DNA of 64,000 nucleotides. Source: Patescibacteria group bacterium (GTDB lineage Bacteria; Patescibacteriota; Minisyncoccia; Phycocordibacterales; PALSA-1337). The stretch's first letter is position 1; every line of letters starts with the position of its first letter. The notes below the pieces were generated by a model, which had not been told where the DNA came from, did no database searches, and saw only the letters and a program-made list of their open reading frames with translations. Below, in pieces: positions 55,262 through 64,000 of this stretch. Location: NCBI GenBank assembly GCA_018970245.1, contig JAGWWT010000001.1:17548-81547 (forward strand), in the 5' to 3' direction. The translations under genes were made by a program, and so were the position numbers.

Positions 55262-55825
55262 ATGGATTCATACAAGAACAAGATCATATATTTCTACAGG
55301 CGCACGAAGCGCATGCCCAGCTATGCGGAGATAATGTCTCTGCTCGGCTTCAAGTCCAAGAATGCCGTCTACAAATTGGTGAACAAGCTCGTGAGCGAGG
55401 GTGCTTTGGATAAAGATTCGCAGGGACGGCTAGTACCGAACCGCCTTTTCGGAGAGGTGCCTGTCCTCGGATTGGTCGAGGCGGGATTTCCCACCGCTGC
55501 CGAGGAGGAGCTCGTAGATACTATGAGCCTCGACGAATATATGATCGAGAACAAAGAGGCCACCTATATGCTCGAGGTAAAGGGCGATTCTATGATCGAG
55601 GCCGGCATCCAGGAAGGCGACCTTGTCATCGCTGAAAGAGGCAAGGAGCCCAAGCCTGGCGATATCGTCATTGCCGAGGTCGACGGCGGATGGACGATGA
55701 AATATTTCCGTAAGACCGGCAACCAAGTGTGGCTGGAGCCTGCGAACAAGGCGTACAAGCCTATCTATCCCGAAGCCGATCTCAAGATCGCCGCCGTCGT
55801 GAAGGGGGTGATCAGGAAATATTAA
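55262..55825 (+). CDS. lexA: SOS repressor LexA
   Basis: 187 aa from MDSYKNKIIYFYRR: wHTH (YAEIMSLLGFKSKNAVYKLV), S24 peptidase with VKGDSMIEAGI (catalytic Ser) and the Lys dyad partner. Confidence 0.85.
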   Translation: MDSYKNKIIYFYRRTKRMPSYAEIMSLLGFKSKNAVYKLVNKLVSEGALDKDSQGRLVPNRLFGEVPVLGLVEAGFPTAAEEELVDTMSLDEYMIENKEATYMLEVKGDSMIEAGIQEGDLVIAERGKEPKPGDIVIAEVDGGWTMKYFRKTGNQVWLEPANKAYKPIYPEADLKIAAVVKGVIRKY

Positions 55826-55835
55826 ATATCAAAGA

Positions 55836-55857
55836 TTAAAAATTAAAAACAACAACC
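55836..55857. repeat. Short heptamer-like array (GATTAAA/AATTAAA)
   Basis: aagattaaaaattaaaaacaac, immediately upstream of the VOC gene start. Confidence 0.5.
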
Positions 55858-56226
55858 ATGAAAATCAGAGGCGTTGACTATTTCTTCTATAACGTGAGCG
55901 ATATCAAGAAGTCTCTGGCGTTCTATCGCGACGTCATGGGATTGGAAGTGACCGATGAGCAGGAGAAGTGGGCGGAATTCGATTGTGGGAACCTGACTCT
56001 CGGCATAGGCGTATTCGGAGCCGATCCCAAGGCTGCAAAGAACGGCGCGGCTGTGGCTTTATCTGTCGATAATGTGGAAGATGCGGTGGCTGAATTGAAG
56101 GGTAAAAAAGTGAAGATCGTCACGGAACCTATGGATTTCCCGGATATGTGCGAGATGGCTATCATAGCCGATCCCGATGGCAACCAGATCATCCTCCATC
56201 ATCGGAAGGATGGAAGCGTTGGATGA
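55858..56226 (+). CDS. VOC-family (glyoxalase/bleomycin-resistance/dioxygenase) protein
   Basis: 122 aa; VDYFFYNVSDIKKSLAFYRDVMGLEV matches the VOC beta-alpha-beta-beta-beta module. Confidence 0.6.
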   Translation: MKIRGVDYFFYNVSDIKKSLAFYRDVMGLEVTDEQEKWAEFDCGNLTLGIGVFGADPKAAKNGAAVALSVDNVEDAVAELKGKKVKIVTEPMDFPDMCEMAIIADPDGNQIILHHRKDGSVG

Positions 56227-57527
56227 TCCTAACCCACAGATCGTTCCCGCGTGCGATACTCCACGTAGATGGCGACAGCTTTTTCGCCTCGTGCGAGGTC
56301 GCCAAGGATCCGAGCCTGAAGGGCAAATGCGTGGTCACTGGCAAGGAGCGTGGCATAGCGAGCTCCATGAGCTACGAAGCCAAAGCCCGTGGCGTTACGC
56401 GGGCGATGCGGCTGTCCGAGATCAAAAAGCTCATCCCAGACGTGATAATTTTGCCGTCGGACTATGAGACGTACAGCCTGTATTCGCAGCGCATGTATGA
56501 GATCGTACGGCGCTATACGGACGCTGTCGAGGAGTATTCGATCGACGAATGCTTCGCGGATCTCACGGGGATGCGCCGGCCCAACAACATGTCGTACGAG
56601 GCTATGGCCGAGAAGATAAAACGCGAATTGGACGGCGAGCTCGGCATGACGTTCTCGGTTGGTTTGGCTTTGAATAAAGTCACGGCCAAGGTGGCCAGCA
56701 AATGGCGGAAGCCGTCCGGATTGACGATCATTCCTGGCTACCATCTTCATCTTTATTTGGCAAAGACCCCGATAGAGAAGATCTGGGGCATCGGTCCGCA
56801 GACTTCTTCATATTTGATAAAGAAAGGCGTGAAGACCGCCTTGGATTTCGCCATGAAGGAAAAAGAATGGGTCAAAGCGCTTTTTTCCAAGCCGTTCCAG
56901 GAGATCCATTCGGAACTGAATGGCGATTTTGTGTATCCTTTGACCGTCGGTGAGAAGCACGACTACGCTTCCATATCTAAAACGCGGACATTCACGCCAC
57001 CCTCGAAGGACAGGGGATTCGTCTATTCGCAGCTATCCAAGAATATCGAGAATGCCTGCATAAAGCTGCGCCGGCACAACCTCTTCGCCAAGGCCTTCGC
57101 TTTCTATCTGAAGACACAGGACTTCAGGTACAGCGGATTGGACTTCAAACTGAGCCAAGCTGTCTCCGTGCCCCAGGAGATATTGAAGATAGTCAGCGAG
57201 CGATTCGACGATGTGTACAGACCAGGCTTCGAATACAGGGCTACCGGCGTGGTCCTCATGGAATTGAGCCATTCTGATGCCCGTACGCTCGACCTATTCG
57301 GCCGATCTGGCGCGATAGACAGGATAAAGCGCGTCTATGAGGGCGTAGATGCCGCCTGCGCCAAGTTCGGCAAGCATGCCGTATTCCTGGGGTCTTCATT
57401 CAGGGCCATGAATGAGCCTGCGCATAGGGGCGATAGGGCTGATTCGTCAGAAAGGCGCAAGAATCTCGTCAAAGGAGAGAACGAAAGGCAGAGAATAGGG
57501 TTGCCATTCCTGGGAGTTGTCAAATAG
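56223..57527 (+). CDS. dinB: DNA polymerase IV (Y-family, DinB)
   Basis: Start MILTHRSFPRAILHVDGDSFFAS (overlaps the VOC stop in ATGA). Y-family palm/fingers motifs and a little-finger domain. Confidence 0.85.
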   Translation: MILTHRSFPRAILHVDGDSFFASCEVAKDPSLKGKCVVTGKERGIASSMSYEAKARGVTRAMRLSEIKKLIPDVIILPSDYETYSLYSQRMYEIVRRYTDAVEEYSIDECFADLTGMRRPNNMSYEAMAEKIKRELDGELGMTFSVGLALNKVTAKVASKWRKPSGLTIIPGYHLHLYLAKTPIEKIWGIGPQTSSYLIKKGVKTALDFAMKEKEWVKALFSKPFQEIHSELNGDFVYPLTVGEKHDYASISKTRTFTPPSKDRGFVYSQLSKNIENACIKLRRHNLFAKAFAFYLKTQDFRYSGLDFKLSQAVSVPQEILKIVSERFDDVYRPGFEYRATGVVLMELSHSDARTLDLFGRSGAIDRIKRVYEGVDAACAKFGKHAVFLGSSFRAMNEPAHRGDRADSSERRKNLVKGENERQRIGLPFLGVVK

Positions 57528-57554
57528 AATCAGTTCGTGTATGATGTTTCGACT

Positions 57555-57875
57555 ATGGAATTCGCCGTAATACAAACAGGTGGGAAGCAGTATACCGTCG
57601 CCAAAGGCGATGTTATAACCATTGAGAAGCTCCCTGGCGAGCATAAGGAGGGCGATAAGGTCGTCTTCGACAAGGTCCTCCTCATGGATAACGGCAAGGA
57701 CACCACTATCGGCACTCCCTATATAAATAAAGCCTCGGTCCAGGGCACGATCACCAAGATCGGCCGCGCTGCCAAGGTCCTCGTCGTCAAATATATGCAG
57801 AAGAGCCGCTCAGGATGGAAGCGCAATGGCCACAGGCAGCCCTTCTTCCAGGTCAAGATAGATGCGTTGAAGTAA
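57555..57875 (+). CDS. rplU: 50S ribosomal protein L21
   Basis: MEFAVIQTGGKQYTVAKGDVITIEKL matches the L21 N-terminus. An alternative start at 57537 would add six residues. Confidence 0.8.
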   Translation: MEFAVIQTGGKQYTVAKGDVITIEKLPGEHKEGDKVVFDKVLLMDNGKDTTIGTPYINKASVQGTITKIGRAAKVLVVKYMQKSRSGWKRNGHRQPFFQVKIDALK

Positions 57876-57882
57876 GGGAGGG

Positions 57883-57922
57883 TAGATATTAGAGATTAGA
57901 GACTAGAGATTAGAGACTAGAG
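57883..57922. repeat. Heptamer tandem array (ATTAGAG/ACTAGAG) overlapping the recR 3' end
   Basis: gatattagagattagagactagagattagagactagag. The recR stop and last codons lie inside it. Confidence 0.85.
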
Positions 57923-58518
57923 CGCCGGTTTTGGAGGGCGCTCTTTATCGTTTCAGAGTCGGCATATTCGAGCTCTGCGCCTGTGGATAGGCCCCGTCCT
58001 AGGACAGTGATCCGAGCCGGCGAGACTTTTGCCAAACCTTCGTGCACGATCTTTTCGGTGTGCTCGCCATCAGGGGTCGTATTCAGGGACAGGATGATCT
58101 CCGTCAGCGTCGATTCGGATGCGCGTTCCAAGAGCTGCTGCAGCCTTATGCGCTTCTCGGGCTCCTTGTCTAGTATGGGCACAGTGCCGCCGAGGATGAA
58201 ATATAGGCCTTTGTATGCGCCTGATCTTTCGACAGTCTCGAAGTCCGAGTCTCTGGCGACGACCATCAGCGTGGATCGGTCTCGGCTCTGATCGGCACAT
58301 GTCGGACAGAGGTCTGTTTTTTGAGCCCTATGGAAGAAGAACCTATGGCACTTCTCGCATTCGCTGGTCGATCGGCGGACGTCGGCGACTAGGTCGGTGA
58401 ATTCCTTGATCGAAGCAGGAGACTTGTTGAGCAGATAATAGACGAACCGCTTGGCCTGGCGAGGGCCGATGCCTGGGAAGCGGGAGAATATCTCTTCTAG
58501 GCGGTGTAGGGAATCCAT
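57910..58518 (-). CDS. recR: Recombination protein RecR
   Basis: 202 aa with HhH, a C4 zinc finger (CEKCHRF...CPTC), and Toprim and Walker-B-like motifs. Confidence 0.9.
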   Translation of the reverse strand: MDSLHRLEEIFSRFPGIGPRQAKRFVYYLLNKSPASIKEFTDLVADVRRSTSECEKCHRFFFHRAQKTDLCPTCADQSRDRSTLMVVARDSDFETVERSGAYKGLYFILGGTVPILDKEPEKRIRLQQLLERASESTLTEIILSLNTTPDGEHTEKIVHEGLAKVSPARITVLGRGLSTGAELEYADSETIKSALQNRRSSL

Positions 58519-58544
58519 GGGAGTAGAGCGGAGAGTAGAGAGCA

Positions 58545-58575
58545 GAGATTAGAGATTAGAGATTAGATTAGAGAG
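58545..58575. repeat. Heptamer tandem array (AGATTAG) overlapping the 4HB gene 3' end
   Basis: agagattagagattagagattagattagagag. Its reverse complement encodes the C-terminal ...LSNLISNL*. Confidence 0.85.
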
Positions 58576-58935
58576 GGAATTGGTTTTTGTGATCAGGCCC
58601 TGCAGCAGGCGATGGGCGCTGCTGATCCGATCACTGGCCTCATTGTAGTCTTTTTCTGAGATGTATGAAATATCCCTCGAAAGGATGAGCTGGTTCTCGA
58701 GCTCTGACATCGAGCCGCGAGCTTGGTAATAGAAATGCGCTTTGTCCTTGTATGTCCTGCGTCCGAAGCCCTCGGCGATATTGGACGTGATCGATACGGC
58801 TGACCTTCTCATCTGGCCTGCAAGGCCAAAGAGCTCTTCCTTCGGGAATTTCCTCGTCAAATCATACACGCCCATTACAAGGCGGTGTGAGACCTGCCAA
58901 GCCTGCAAATCTGTGAATTTGACGATGCCACCCAT
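58549..58935 (-). CDS. Four-helix-bundle protein (23S rRNA-IVS protein family, TIGR02436; Avd-like fold), paralog 2
   Basis: 128 aa: FTDLQAWQVSHRLVMGVYDLTRKFPKEE...RRSAVSITSNIAEGFGRRTYKDKAHFYYQARGSMSELENQLILSRDISYI. Confidence 0.8.
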   Translation of the reverse strand: MGGIVKFTDLQAWQVSHRLVMGVYDLTRKFPKEELFGLAGQMRRSAVSITSNIAEGFGRRTYKDKAHFYYQARGSMSELENQLILSRDISYISEKDYNEASDRISSAHRLLQGLITKTNSLSNLISNL

Positions 58936-58939
58936 ATAT

Positions 58940-58970
58940 GCCCTCTAATATCTAATCTCTAATCTCTGCC
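58940..58970. repeat. Heptamer tandem array upstream of the 4HB gene
   Basis: ccctctaatatctaatctctaatctctgccc. Confidence 0.8.
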
Positions 58971-58974
58971 CCCC

Positions 58975-60348
58975 CTAAAATCCGCCAAAATCCGCCTTTT
59001 CCATCGAGAGGAACGTCGTCTTCTTTGAGTCGAAGAATAGCTTGGCCACGCCGGTCGGGCCGTTGCGGTGCTTCTCGATCATGATCTCAGCCTCTTCCTT
59101 GCGGCCGCCATTGTCCTGGTCGGCTTCGCGGTGTATGAACATGACCACATCGGCATCTTGCTCGATAGAGCCGGAATCGCGCAAGTCAGAGAGGCGGGGC
59201 TTGCCGCCGCGCTGCTCGACGGCGCGGGAAAGCTGGGAGAGGGCTAGGACCGGCACTTCCAATTCGCGGGCAAGGGTCTTGAGCGACCTGGATATCTCGG
59301 TTACCTGCTGCACTAGGTTGTCATTGCCGCGCGTCTGTGTAGGGATCATGAGCTGGAGATAGTCGACGATGATGAGTCCGAGGCCCTTCTCGTTCTTGAG
59401 GCGGCGGGCGACAGCGCGCATCTTGATTATGTTGTTCCCGGGCTGGTCATCTATGAAGATGGGCGCTTCAGAGAGCTTGGATATGGCGTCGCCGATCGCC
59501 CGGAAGTCCTCCTGCACGGAAAGATTGTGGCCGGTGCGGATCTTCCAGGCGTCGACCTGGGATTCGGCTGAGAGCATGCGATCGACGAGCTGCTGGGAGC
59601 TCATCTCTAGCGAGAATATGGCGACCGGGACCTTGAAATTGACAGCGGCCTTGCGGGCTATGTCCAGGGCGAGCGAGGTCTTTCCCATGGACGGCCTGGC
59701 GGCGAGGATGATCAGGTCGGATTTCTGGAAGCCGGCCAGCTTGTTGTCCAATTCCGGGAAGCCGGTGTGGACGCCTCGGATCTCGCCGCTGGTCTTGTGG
59801 AGATGGTCCAAGCGCTCCCAGGCCTCGTTTAGCGTGTCCTTGAGGGCCACGAATTTGTGCGAGCCGGTCTTGTTCGTCACGGCATAGAGCGAGCGCTCGG
59901 CTTTTTCGAGGATCTCGTGGAGCTCCGCGTCCTCCTCATAGCCCAGGGCGGTGATATTCTCGGCAGCGCGCAGAAGCTCGCGCATCACATGCTTCTTTTC
60001 GACTATCTCGGCGTAATTGGAAGCGTTGGTCGATGAGGGGACGAGGTTTATGAACTCTGTCAGCGCCGACATGCCGCCGACCTGCTCCAGCTCGCCCTTT
60101 TCCTTGAGCCTGGCTGAGACGGTCAGGACGTCGATCGGGGAGTTCTTGGTATGGAGCTCGAAGAGCGCCTCCCAGATCATCCTGTGCGCGGTGGAGTAGA
60201 ACGACTGCGACGAGACGATGTCGACGATGTCGTGCATCACCTCGCCGCGGATCATGACCGACCCGAGAAGGGCCTTCTCAGCTTCGATCGAATTCGGAGG
60301 GATCTTCAGGTCCTTGGTCTTGAAATAGGGAGAAGGGTTGTTGTTCAC
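58975..60348 (-). CDS. dnaB: Replicative DNA helicase DnaB
   Basis: 457 aa with the N-terminal DnaB domain and a RecA-like C-terminal domain (GKTSLALDIA Walker A). No intein is present. Confidence 0.9.
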   Translation of the reverse strand: MNNNPSPYFKTKDLKIPPNSIEAEKALLGSVMIRGEVMHDIVDIVSSQSFYSTAHRMIWEALFELHTKNSPIDVLTVSARLKEKGELEQVGGMSALTEFINLVPSSTNASNYAEIVEKKHVMRELLRAAENITALGYEEDAELHEILEKAERSLYAVTNKTGSHKFVALKDTLNEAWERLDHLHKTSGEIRGVHTGFPELDNKLAGFQKSDLIILAARPSMGKTSLALDIARKAAVNFKVPVAIFSLEMSSQQLVDRMLSAESQVDAWKIRTGHNLSVQEDFRAIGDAISKLSEAPIFIDDQPGNNIIKMRAVARRLKNEKGLGLIIVDYLQLMIPTQTRGNDNLVQQVTEISRSLKTLARELEVPVLALSQLSRAVEQRGGKPRLSDLRDSGSIEQDADVVMFIHREADQDNGGRKEEAEIMIEKHRNGPTGVAKLFFDSKKTTFLSMEKADFGGF

Positions 60349-60550
60349 GTTGCTGCCATTGTATCACGCTCGCTGCGGGACAGTTACAAGCCCGATCGGG
60401 TGGAAAAGTTGTGCATAGCGCCGGGTCGGATAGTCTTGACATCGGTGGTATAATGGACCAAGTCCGCCAATAGCTCGTAGATACCCCAGTGATCGTAGAT
60501 GCCAGTTTCCGTTCGTCTATTATAAAAATGTTCCATCAGCTTCATTAAAT

Positions 60551-60880
60551 ATGTCAAATGCAGCCAAAACAGGGATAGCCATAGTCATAATCATAATAAT
60601 CATCATCATCGGTTGGATCTGGTATAACAATTCGCAGTCGATCCCGCAGCCGACAGCCACGCCGACTACCCAGCCTGCGACTGCCTCGACCTCGACGCAG
60701 AGTCAGAGCCAGAGCCCGAATCTGAGCGGCACGGGCATGACCGCGCCATCGGATACCTCGACCGCATCGCTCCAGCAGGACATGAGCGCGGTAGACTCGC
60801 AGATGAGCGGCCTCAATACCGATTCGGCCAATGTCGATTCTGGCCTGTCATCAGGCACCGCGGTGCCCGTCCAGCAGTGA
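60551..60880 (+). CDS. Hypothetical membrane-anchored Ser/Thr/Gln-rich protein
   Basis: 109 aa with a poly-Ile TM (IAIVIIIIIIIIGWIW) and a low-complexity tail. Confidence 0.4.
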   Translation: MSNAAKTGIAIVIIIIIIIIGWIWYNNSQSIPQPTATPTTQPATASTSTQSQSQSPNLSGTGMTAPSDTSTASLQQDMSAVDSQMSGLNTDSANVDSGLSSGTAVPVQQ

Positions 60881-60908
60881 TTATAAGAGCCAAATGCCAA
60901 TCAACATC

Positions 60909-61712
60909 ATGAGAACAAAGATCATATCCGCCGTCGCTATGGCCGCCATAGCATCTGCCTTTTCTATCGCGCCGGTATTCGCCCAGGCTCCAGCCGCCAG
61001 GAAGAACACCTCTGGAGTCACTGAGGCGCAGCGCATGGCTGTCCTCGGTGCCCACGGAGACAAGGAGATAGACGTCCGAGTCCAGAGCCTGAACAAGCTC
61101 ATCGCGCGCATACAGGGGCTGCGCAACATATCAGACGCCCAGAAGTCATCGATCGAGAATACGCTCCAGTCCATCGTCACCAATCTCCAGACGCTCAAGA
61201 CACAGGTCGACGCCGCCACGTCCACAGCCGATCTCAGGTCCGACGACAAGGCTGTCATTGATAACTATCGCGTCTACGCCTTGGTCATGCCGCAGCTCAA
61301 CATCATCGCCGCATCTGACAGGATAGTCACGATATCGCAGATGCTAGGATCGGTATCCCAGAAGCTCCAATCCAGGCTCTCAAGCGCCTCGGCGATCTCT
61401 AACCTTTCAGCTCTGCAGTCCGATTTGTCTGACATAGCCGCCAAAGCAGCAGATGCGGCTTCCCAGGCCCAGGCTGCCGTCTCTGAAGTCTCTGCTCTGG
61501 TGCCGGATCAGGGCGACAAGACCAAGATGGCCTCCAATACCGCTGCTCTCAAAGACGCCCGCTCCAAGATCAGGGCCGCCCAGCAGGACCTCGTCGCCGC
61601 CAGGAAGGATGCTGAAGCCATCATCCAGGCGCTGGTCAAATGGGACAAATCCGTCATGAGCTCGTCTGCGGCAGCAAGCTCGACCGAAGCCGCTAGCTCT
61701 TCGCAGCAATAG
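60909..61712 (+). CDS. Hypothetical secreted coiled-coil protein
   Basis: Start MRTKIISAVAMAAIASAFSIAPVFAQA (signal peptide), followed by an alanine-rich heptad sequence. Confidence 0.45.
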   Translation: MRTKIISAVAMAAIASAFSIAPVFAQAPAARKNTSGVTEAQRMAVLGAHGDKEIDVRVQSLNKLIARIQGLRNISDAQKSSIENTLQSIVTNLQTLKTQVDAATSTADLRSDDKAVIDNYRVYALVMPQLNIIAASDRIVTISQMLGSVSQKLQSRLSSASAISNLSALQSDLSDIAAKAADAASQAQAAVSEVSALVPDQGDKTKMASNTAALKDARSKIRAAQQDLVAARKDAEAIIQALVKWDKSVMSSSAAASSTEAASSSQQ

Positions 61713-61758
61713 GCCGCTAAGGGATGAGGACGCAGACGATCGTCCAAACGCCTCAGTG

Positions 61759-61790
61759 AAAAAGACCGCCCTAGAGGGCGGTCTTTGCGT
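61759..61790. terminator. Bidirectional rho-independent terminator
   Basis: AAAAAGACCGCCCtagaGGGCGGTCTTTGCGTCTTT: a perfect 9-bp stem with A-tract and T-tract flanks, between convergent genes. Confidence 0.7.
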
Positions 61791-62538
61791 CTTTGGGGTC
61801 GACTGCTTTGCTCGCGGTCTCGACGGATGAGCCGTCGTATTCAGGACGGTTCGAAGCGTTAAAGACCGCTCCCCAAAAGCCTAGGAAATAAGGCTTGATG
61901 GTAGCCATGATGCCTTGGCGCATGAAGCGCCTCGCCGAAGTCGGCAGGATGAGCTTCCTATCGAAAACCAGGTGGCCGAGCCTCGACATCTTCTTGGCGA
62001 TATCCGTGTCGTCGCCGTAGAAGACGATGCTCGTATCGAATCCGCCGATCTTTTCCATAGCCGAAGCGCGCATGAAGCTGTTGCCGCCGATCATCACGCC
62101 GTTGCCGCCCAGCCACTGGAGGACATTGCTTGAGAGCCAATATACGTCCTGCTGGATCACATCTGTTATGAATTGGAAAAGAGGAGAGTAATCGAAATAT
62201 TCATAGGGCCCAGAGACGGCCGTCACGCGCGGGTCGGCGAAATGGCTGGCGCCTCGGGACAGCCAATCGGTCCGCGGGATGCAGTCGGCATCCATGCGGA
62301 CGATGATGTCTCCTTTGGCTTCGCGCCGGCCGCGTTCACAGGCCCACATAGTGCCCATATGGTCTTCGCGGAGGACCTTCACGCCTGGAAAGCTGGAAGC
62401 GATCTTCGATGTCTGGTCGGTGCTGCCGTTGTCGACGACGATAACCTCGTAATCAGGGTGATCCTGCTTGAGGATGGCCTCAAGCGCCGCAGCGATGCGC
62501 TTCTCCTCATTCCTGGCCGGTATTATCACTGATATCAT
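61771..62538 (-). CDS. Family 2 glycosyltransferase
   Basis: 255 aa. MISVIIPARNEE...VIVVDNGSTD...RMDADC carries the GT-A DxD motifs. Confidence 0.8.
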   Translation of the reverse strand: MISVIIPARNEEKRIAAALEAILKQDHPDYEVIVVDNGSTDQTSKIASSFPGVKVLREDHMGTMWACERGRREAKGDIIVRMDADCIPRTDWLSRGASHFADPRVTAVSGPYEYFDYSPLFQFITDVIQQDVYWLSSNVLQWLGGNGVMIGGNSFMRASAMEKIGGFDTSIVFYGDDTDIAKKMSRLGHLVFDRKLILPTSARRFMRQGIMATIKPYFLGFWGAVFNASNRPEYDGSSVETASKAVDPKDAKTAL

Positions 62539-63169
62539 TTTGGCTGTCGCCGTTGCCGTTCCCGGCGACGTTATGCGTCATGACATAGTCTCTCACGAAC
62601 TTCCCGAAGCCGACGACCAGGAACAAGACTATGATAGACAATGATACCAGAGAAACGCGGGCCAGTATATTGTTGAAGCTGACGAACAGGTGGCCGAAAA
62701 GGTAGCCTAGAGCTAGCAGCCCGGCGGTCCAGATGAATTGGCCCATGATGTTCAGTGTCAGGTATTTCCTGAATGGGATCTTGGAGAGGCCAGCGGTGAA
62801 GAGCGTGACTATGGCGAAGCCGAATCCCGTGGTCAGCTTGGATATGACGAGTATGGAGGTCGAGTGGCGCCTGAATATGCGCGAGACGACGTTGATGTCC
62901 TTCTCGTGGATGGAAAAATACCGGCCGAACCTCTGCACGAACCTATGGCCGAAGCGGTGGCCCATATAATACCAGAAGCAGTCGCCGAGGAGGTCGCCTG
63001 CCATGAGGGACAGATAAAGCGGCACTATGTGGAAGAAGCCGAGGCGATAGAGTATGCCGCATGCCATGGCGAGGATCGGGCCTTCGACATAGCCGATGAT
63101 CACAATGGCTCCGTAGACGAGGATGGGGTAATTGGTGACAAGGTATGTGAGGGTGTGCTGGAGGTCCAT
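62507..63169 (-). CDS. DedA/SNARE-associated (VTT-domain) membrane protein
   Basis: 220 aa with multi-TM topology and a DedA-type G..Y..G motif region. Confidence 0.55.
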   Translation of the reverse strand: MDLQHTLTYLVTNYPILVYGAIVIIGYVEGPILAMACGILYRLGFFHIVPLYLSLMAGDLLGDCFWYYMGHRFGHRFVQRFGRYFSIHEKDINVVSRIFRRHSTSILVISKLTTGFGFAIVTLFTAGLSKIPFRKYLTLNIMGQFIWTAGLLALGYLFGHLFVSFNNILARVSLVSLSIIVLFLVVGFGKFVRDYVMTHNVAGNGNGDSQNDISDNTGQE

Positions 63170-63204
63170 GTGATTGGGATATTATAACGTGCTATATTGT
63201 CTTC

Positions 63205-64000
63205 GTGCTATACAAGAATATCCTCAAGCCGCTCATGTTCAGGCTCGATCCGGAATACGTCCACGACAGGATGACCAGGAATGGCGTCATGCTAGGCGAT
63301 CATTCGGTCACCAGAGCGGCCATCGAAGCGCTATACGGATATCATGGGCCGGACATATCTAGGACTGTCGACGGGATCAAGTACAGGACGCCATTCCTGC
63401 TCTCAGCCGGATTCGACTATAACGGCCAGCTTTCCCGCATCTTGCCCCATATCGGCCTCGGCGGCGAGGAGATCGGCTCGGTCACGGCCAGGCCGTGCCC
63501 CGGCAATCCTAAGCCTCGATTGACGCGATTGCCCAAGAATAGGAGCATCATAGTCAACAAGGGCTTGCGCAACGAAGGCGTGGACAAGATCATTGCGCGG
63601 CTGAAGTCTACGCCCAGGGAATCAGTGGCCGGGACCGGCTTCGTGACTGGCATCTCCATCGCGCGCACGAATGATGCGCTCTCGGTACCGATCGATAAAG
63701 GCATCGATGATTACTGCTATTCATTCGAGCGCCTCAACAGAGCGGATGTCGGCGACTACTATACGATCAATATCTCATGCCCTAACGCCTTCGGCGCAGA
63801 GGCTTTCAATGACCCGAAGCTTCTCCCGCAGCTCCTCGGCGCGCTGAAGGCGATCCCGACCAAGAAGCCTGTTTACGTGAAGATGCCGATCAATATCCCT
63901 TGGGTGCAGTTCGAATCTCTGCTCAAGACGATCGATCGATTCGGCCTGGATGGAGTCGTCATAGGCAATTTGAACAAGGACTACGATTCTCTGGAGATCA
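63205..64000 (+). CDS. pyrD: Dihydroorotate dehydrogenase (quinone-type, class 2), 3'-truncated by the window end
   Basis: Frame from GTG 63205 gives ...YRTPFLLSAGFDYNGQ...IVNKGLRNEGVDKII...GISIARTND..., i.e. the PyrD FMN-barrel motifs (NRxGFNN-like). No stop occurs before the window end. Confidence 0.65.
   Translation, partial: MLYKNILKPLMFRLDPEYVHDRMTRNGVMLGDHSVTRAAIEALYGYHGPDISRTVDGIKYRTPFLLSAGFDYNGQLSRILPHIGLGGEEIGSVTARPCPGNPKPRLTRLPKNRSIIVNKGLRNEGVDKIIARLKSTPRESVAGTGFVTGISIARTNDALSVPIDKGIDDYCYSFERLNRADVGDYYTINISCPNAFGAEAFNDPKLLPQLLGALKAIPTKKPVYVKMPINIPWVQFESLLKTIDRFGLDGVVIGNLNKDYDSLEI

Noticed and set aside
55052-55825. 257-aa extended LexA starting at GTG 55052
   Set aside because: The first ~70 residues are an out-of-frame read of the small upstream ORF and overlap the promoter -10. 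The conserved LexA HTH begins at MDSYKNK (55262).
1-64000. CRISPR arrays, rRNA genes, transposases or integrases
   Set aside because: No regularly spaced 25-40 nt repeats, no rRNA-like conserved stretches, and no transposase or integrase ORFs were seen. The repeats present are 7-nt and 15-nt microsatellites and the 85-nt element.

Overview
This is a GC-rich (roughly 60% by eye), gene-dense bacterial segment that uses the standard genetic code. Gene content and style suggest a Patescibacteria/CPR-like organism; this is an inference.

Core content:
- Cell division and cell wall: a partial ftsZ and ftsA at the window start, mreBCD-mrdA, and a fragmented dcw block (mraZ-rsmH-ftsL-ftsI-[inserted gene]-murF).
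- Translation: rpsU, rpsA, rpmF, rplU, hisS, lysS, valS, pth, and three tRNAs (Leu-TAG, Lys-CTT, Glu-CTC).
- DNA metabolism: gyrA, an SMC-like ATPase, recR, dnaB, and a compact SOS cluster (rmuC, a small ORF plus lexA behind a Cheo-type LexA box, a VOC enzyme, dinB).

Accessory and unusual content:
1. A tandem array of six paralogous small two-TM membrane proteins (18315-20880) sharing a C-terminal WG(L/I)VN helix, co-operonic with an orphan solute-binding protein.
2. A hicB-hicA toxin-antitoxin pair in which hicA carries an in-frame TGA at codon 7.
3. A roughly 85-nt intergenic element present in three copies, each directly after a terminator, with a conserved cryptic reading frame.
4. Two four-helix-bundle (23S-IVS/Avd-like) genes, each bracketed by heptanucleotide tandem arrays. 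One is inserted between ftsI and murF, the other sits between recR and dnaB.
5. A genome-wide family of 7-nt microsatellites at gene junctions. Several are read in-frame into coding sequence: a 42-nt insertion in valS, the N-terminus of rsmH, and the C-termini of the 4HB genes.
6. Two tandem clan GH-A glycoside-hydrolase paralogs, one with an in-frame 15-nt x4 repeat.
7. A NusB-Nudix-like fusion.
8. A low-GC island next to tRNA-Glu.
9. Many promoter, terminator and leaderless-start signals.

No rRNA, CRISPR array, transposase or reverse transcriptase was seen.
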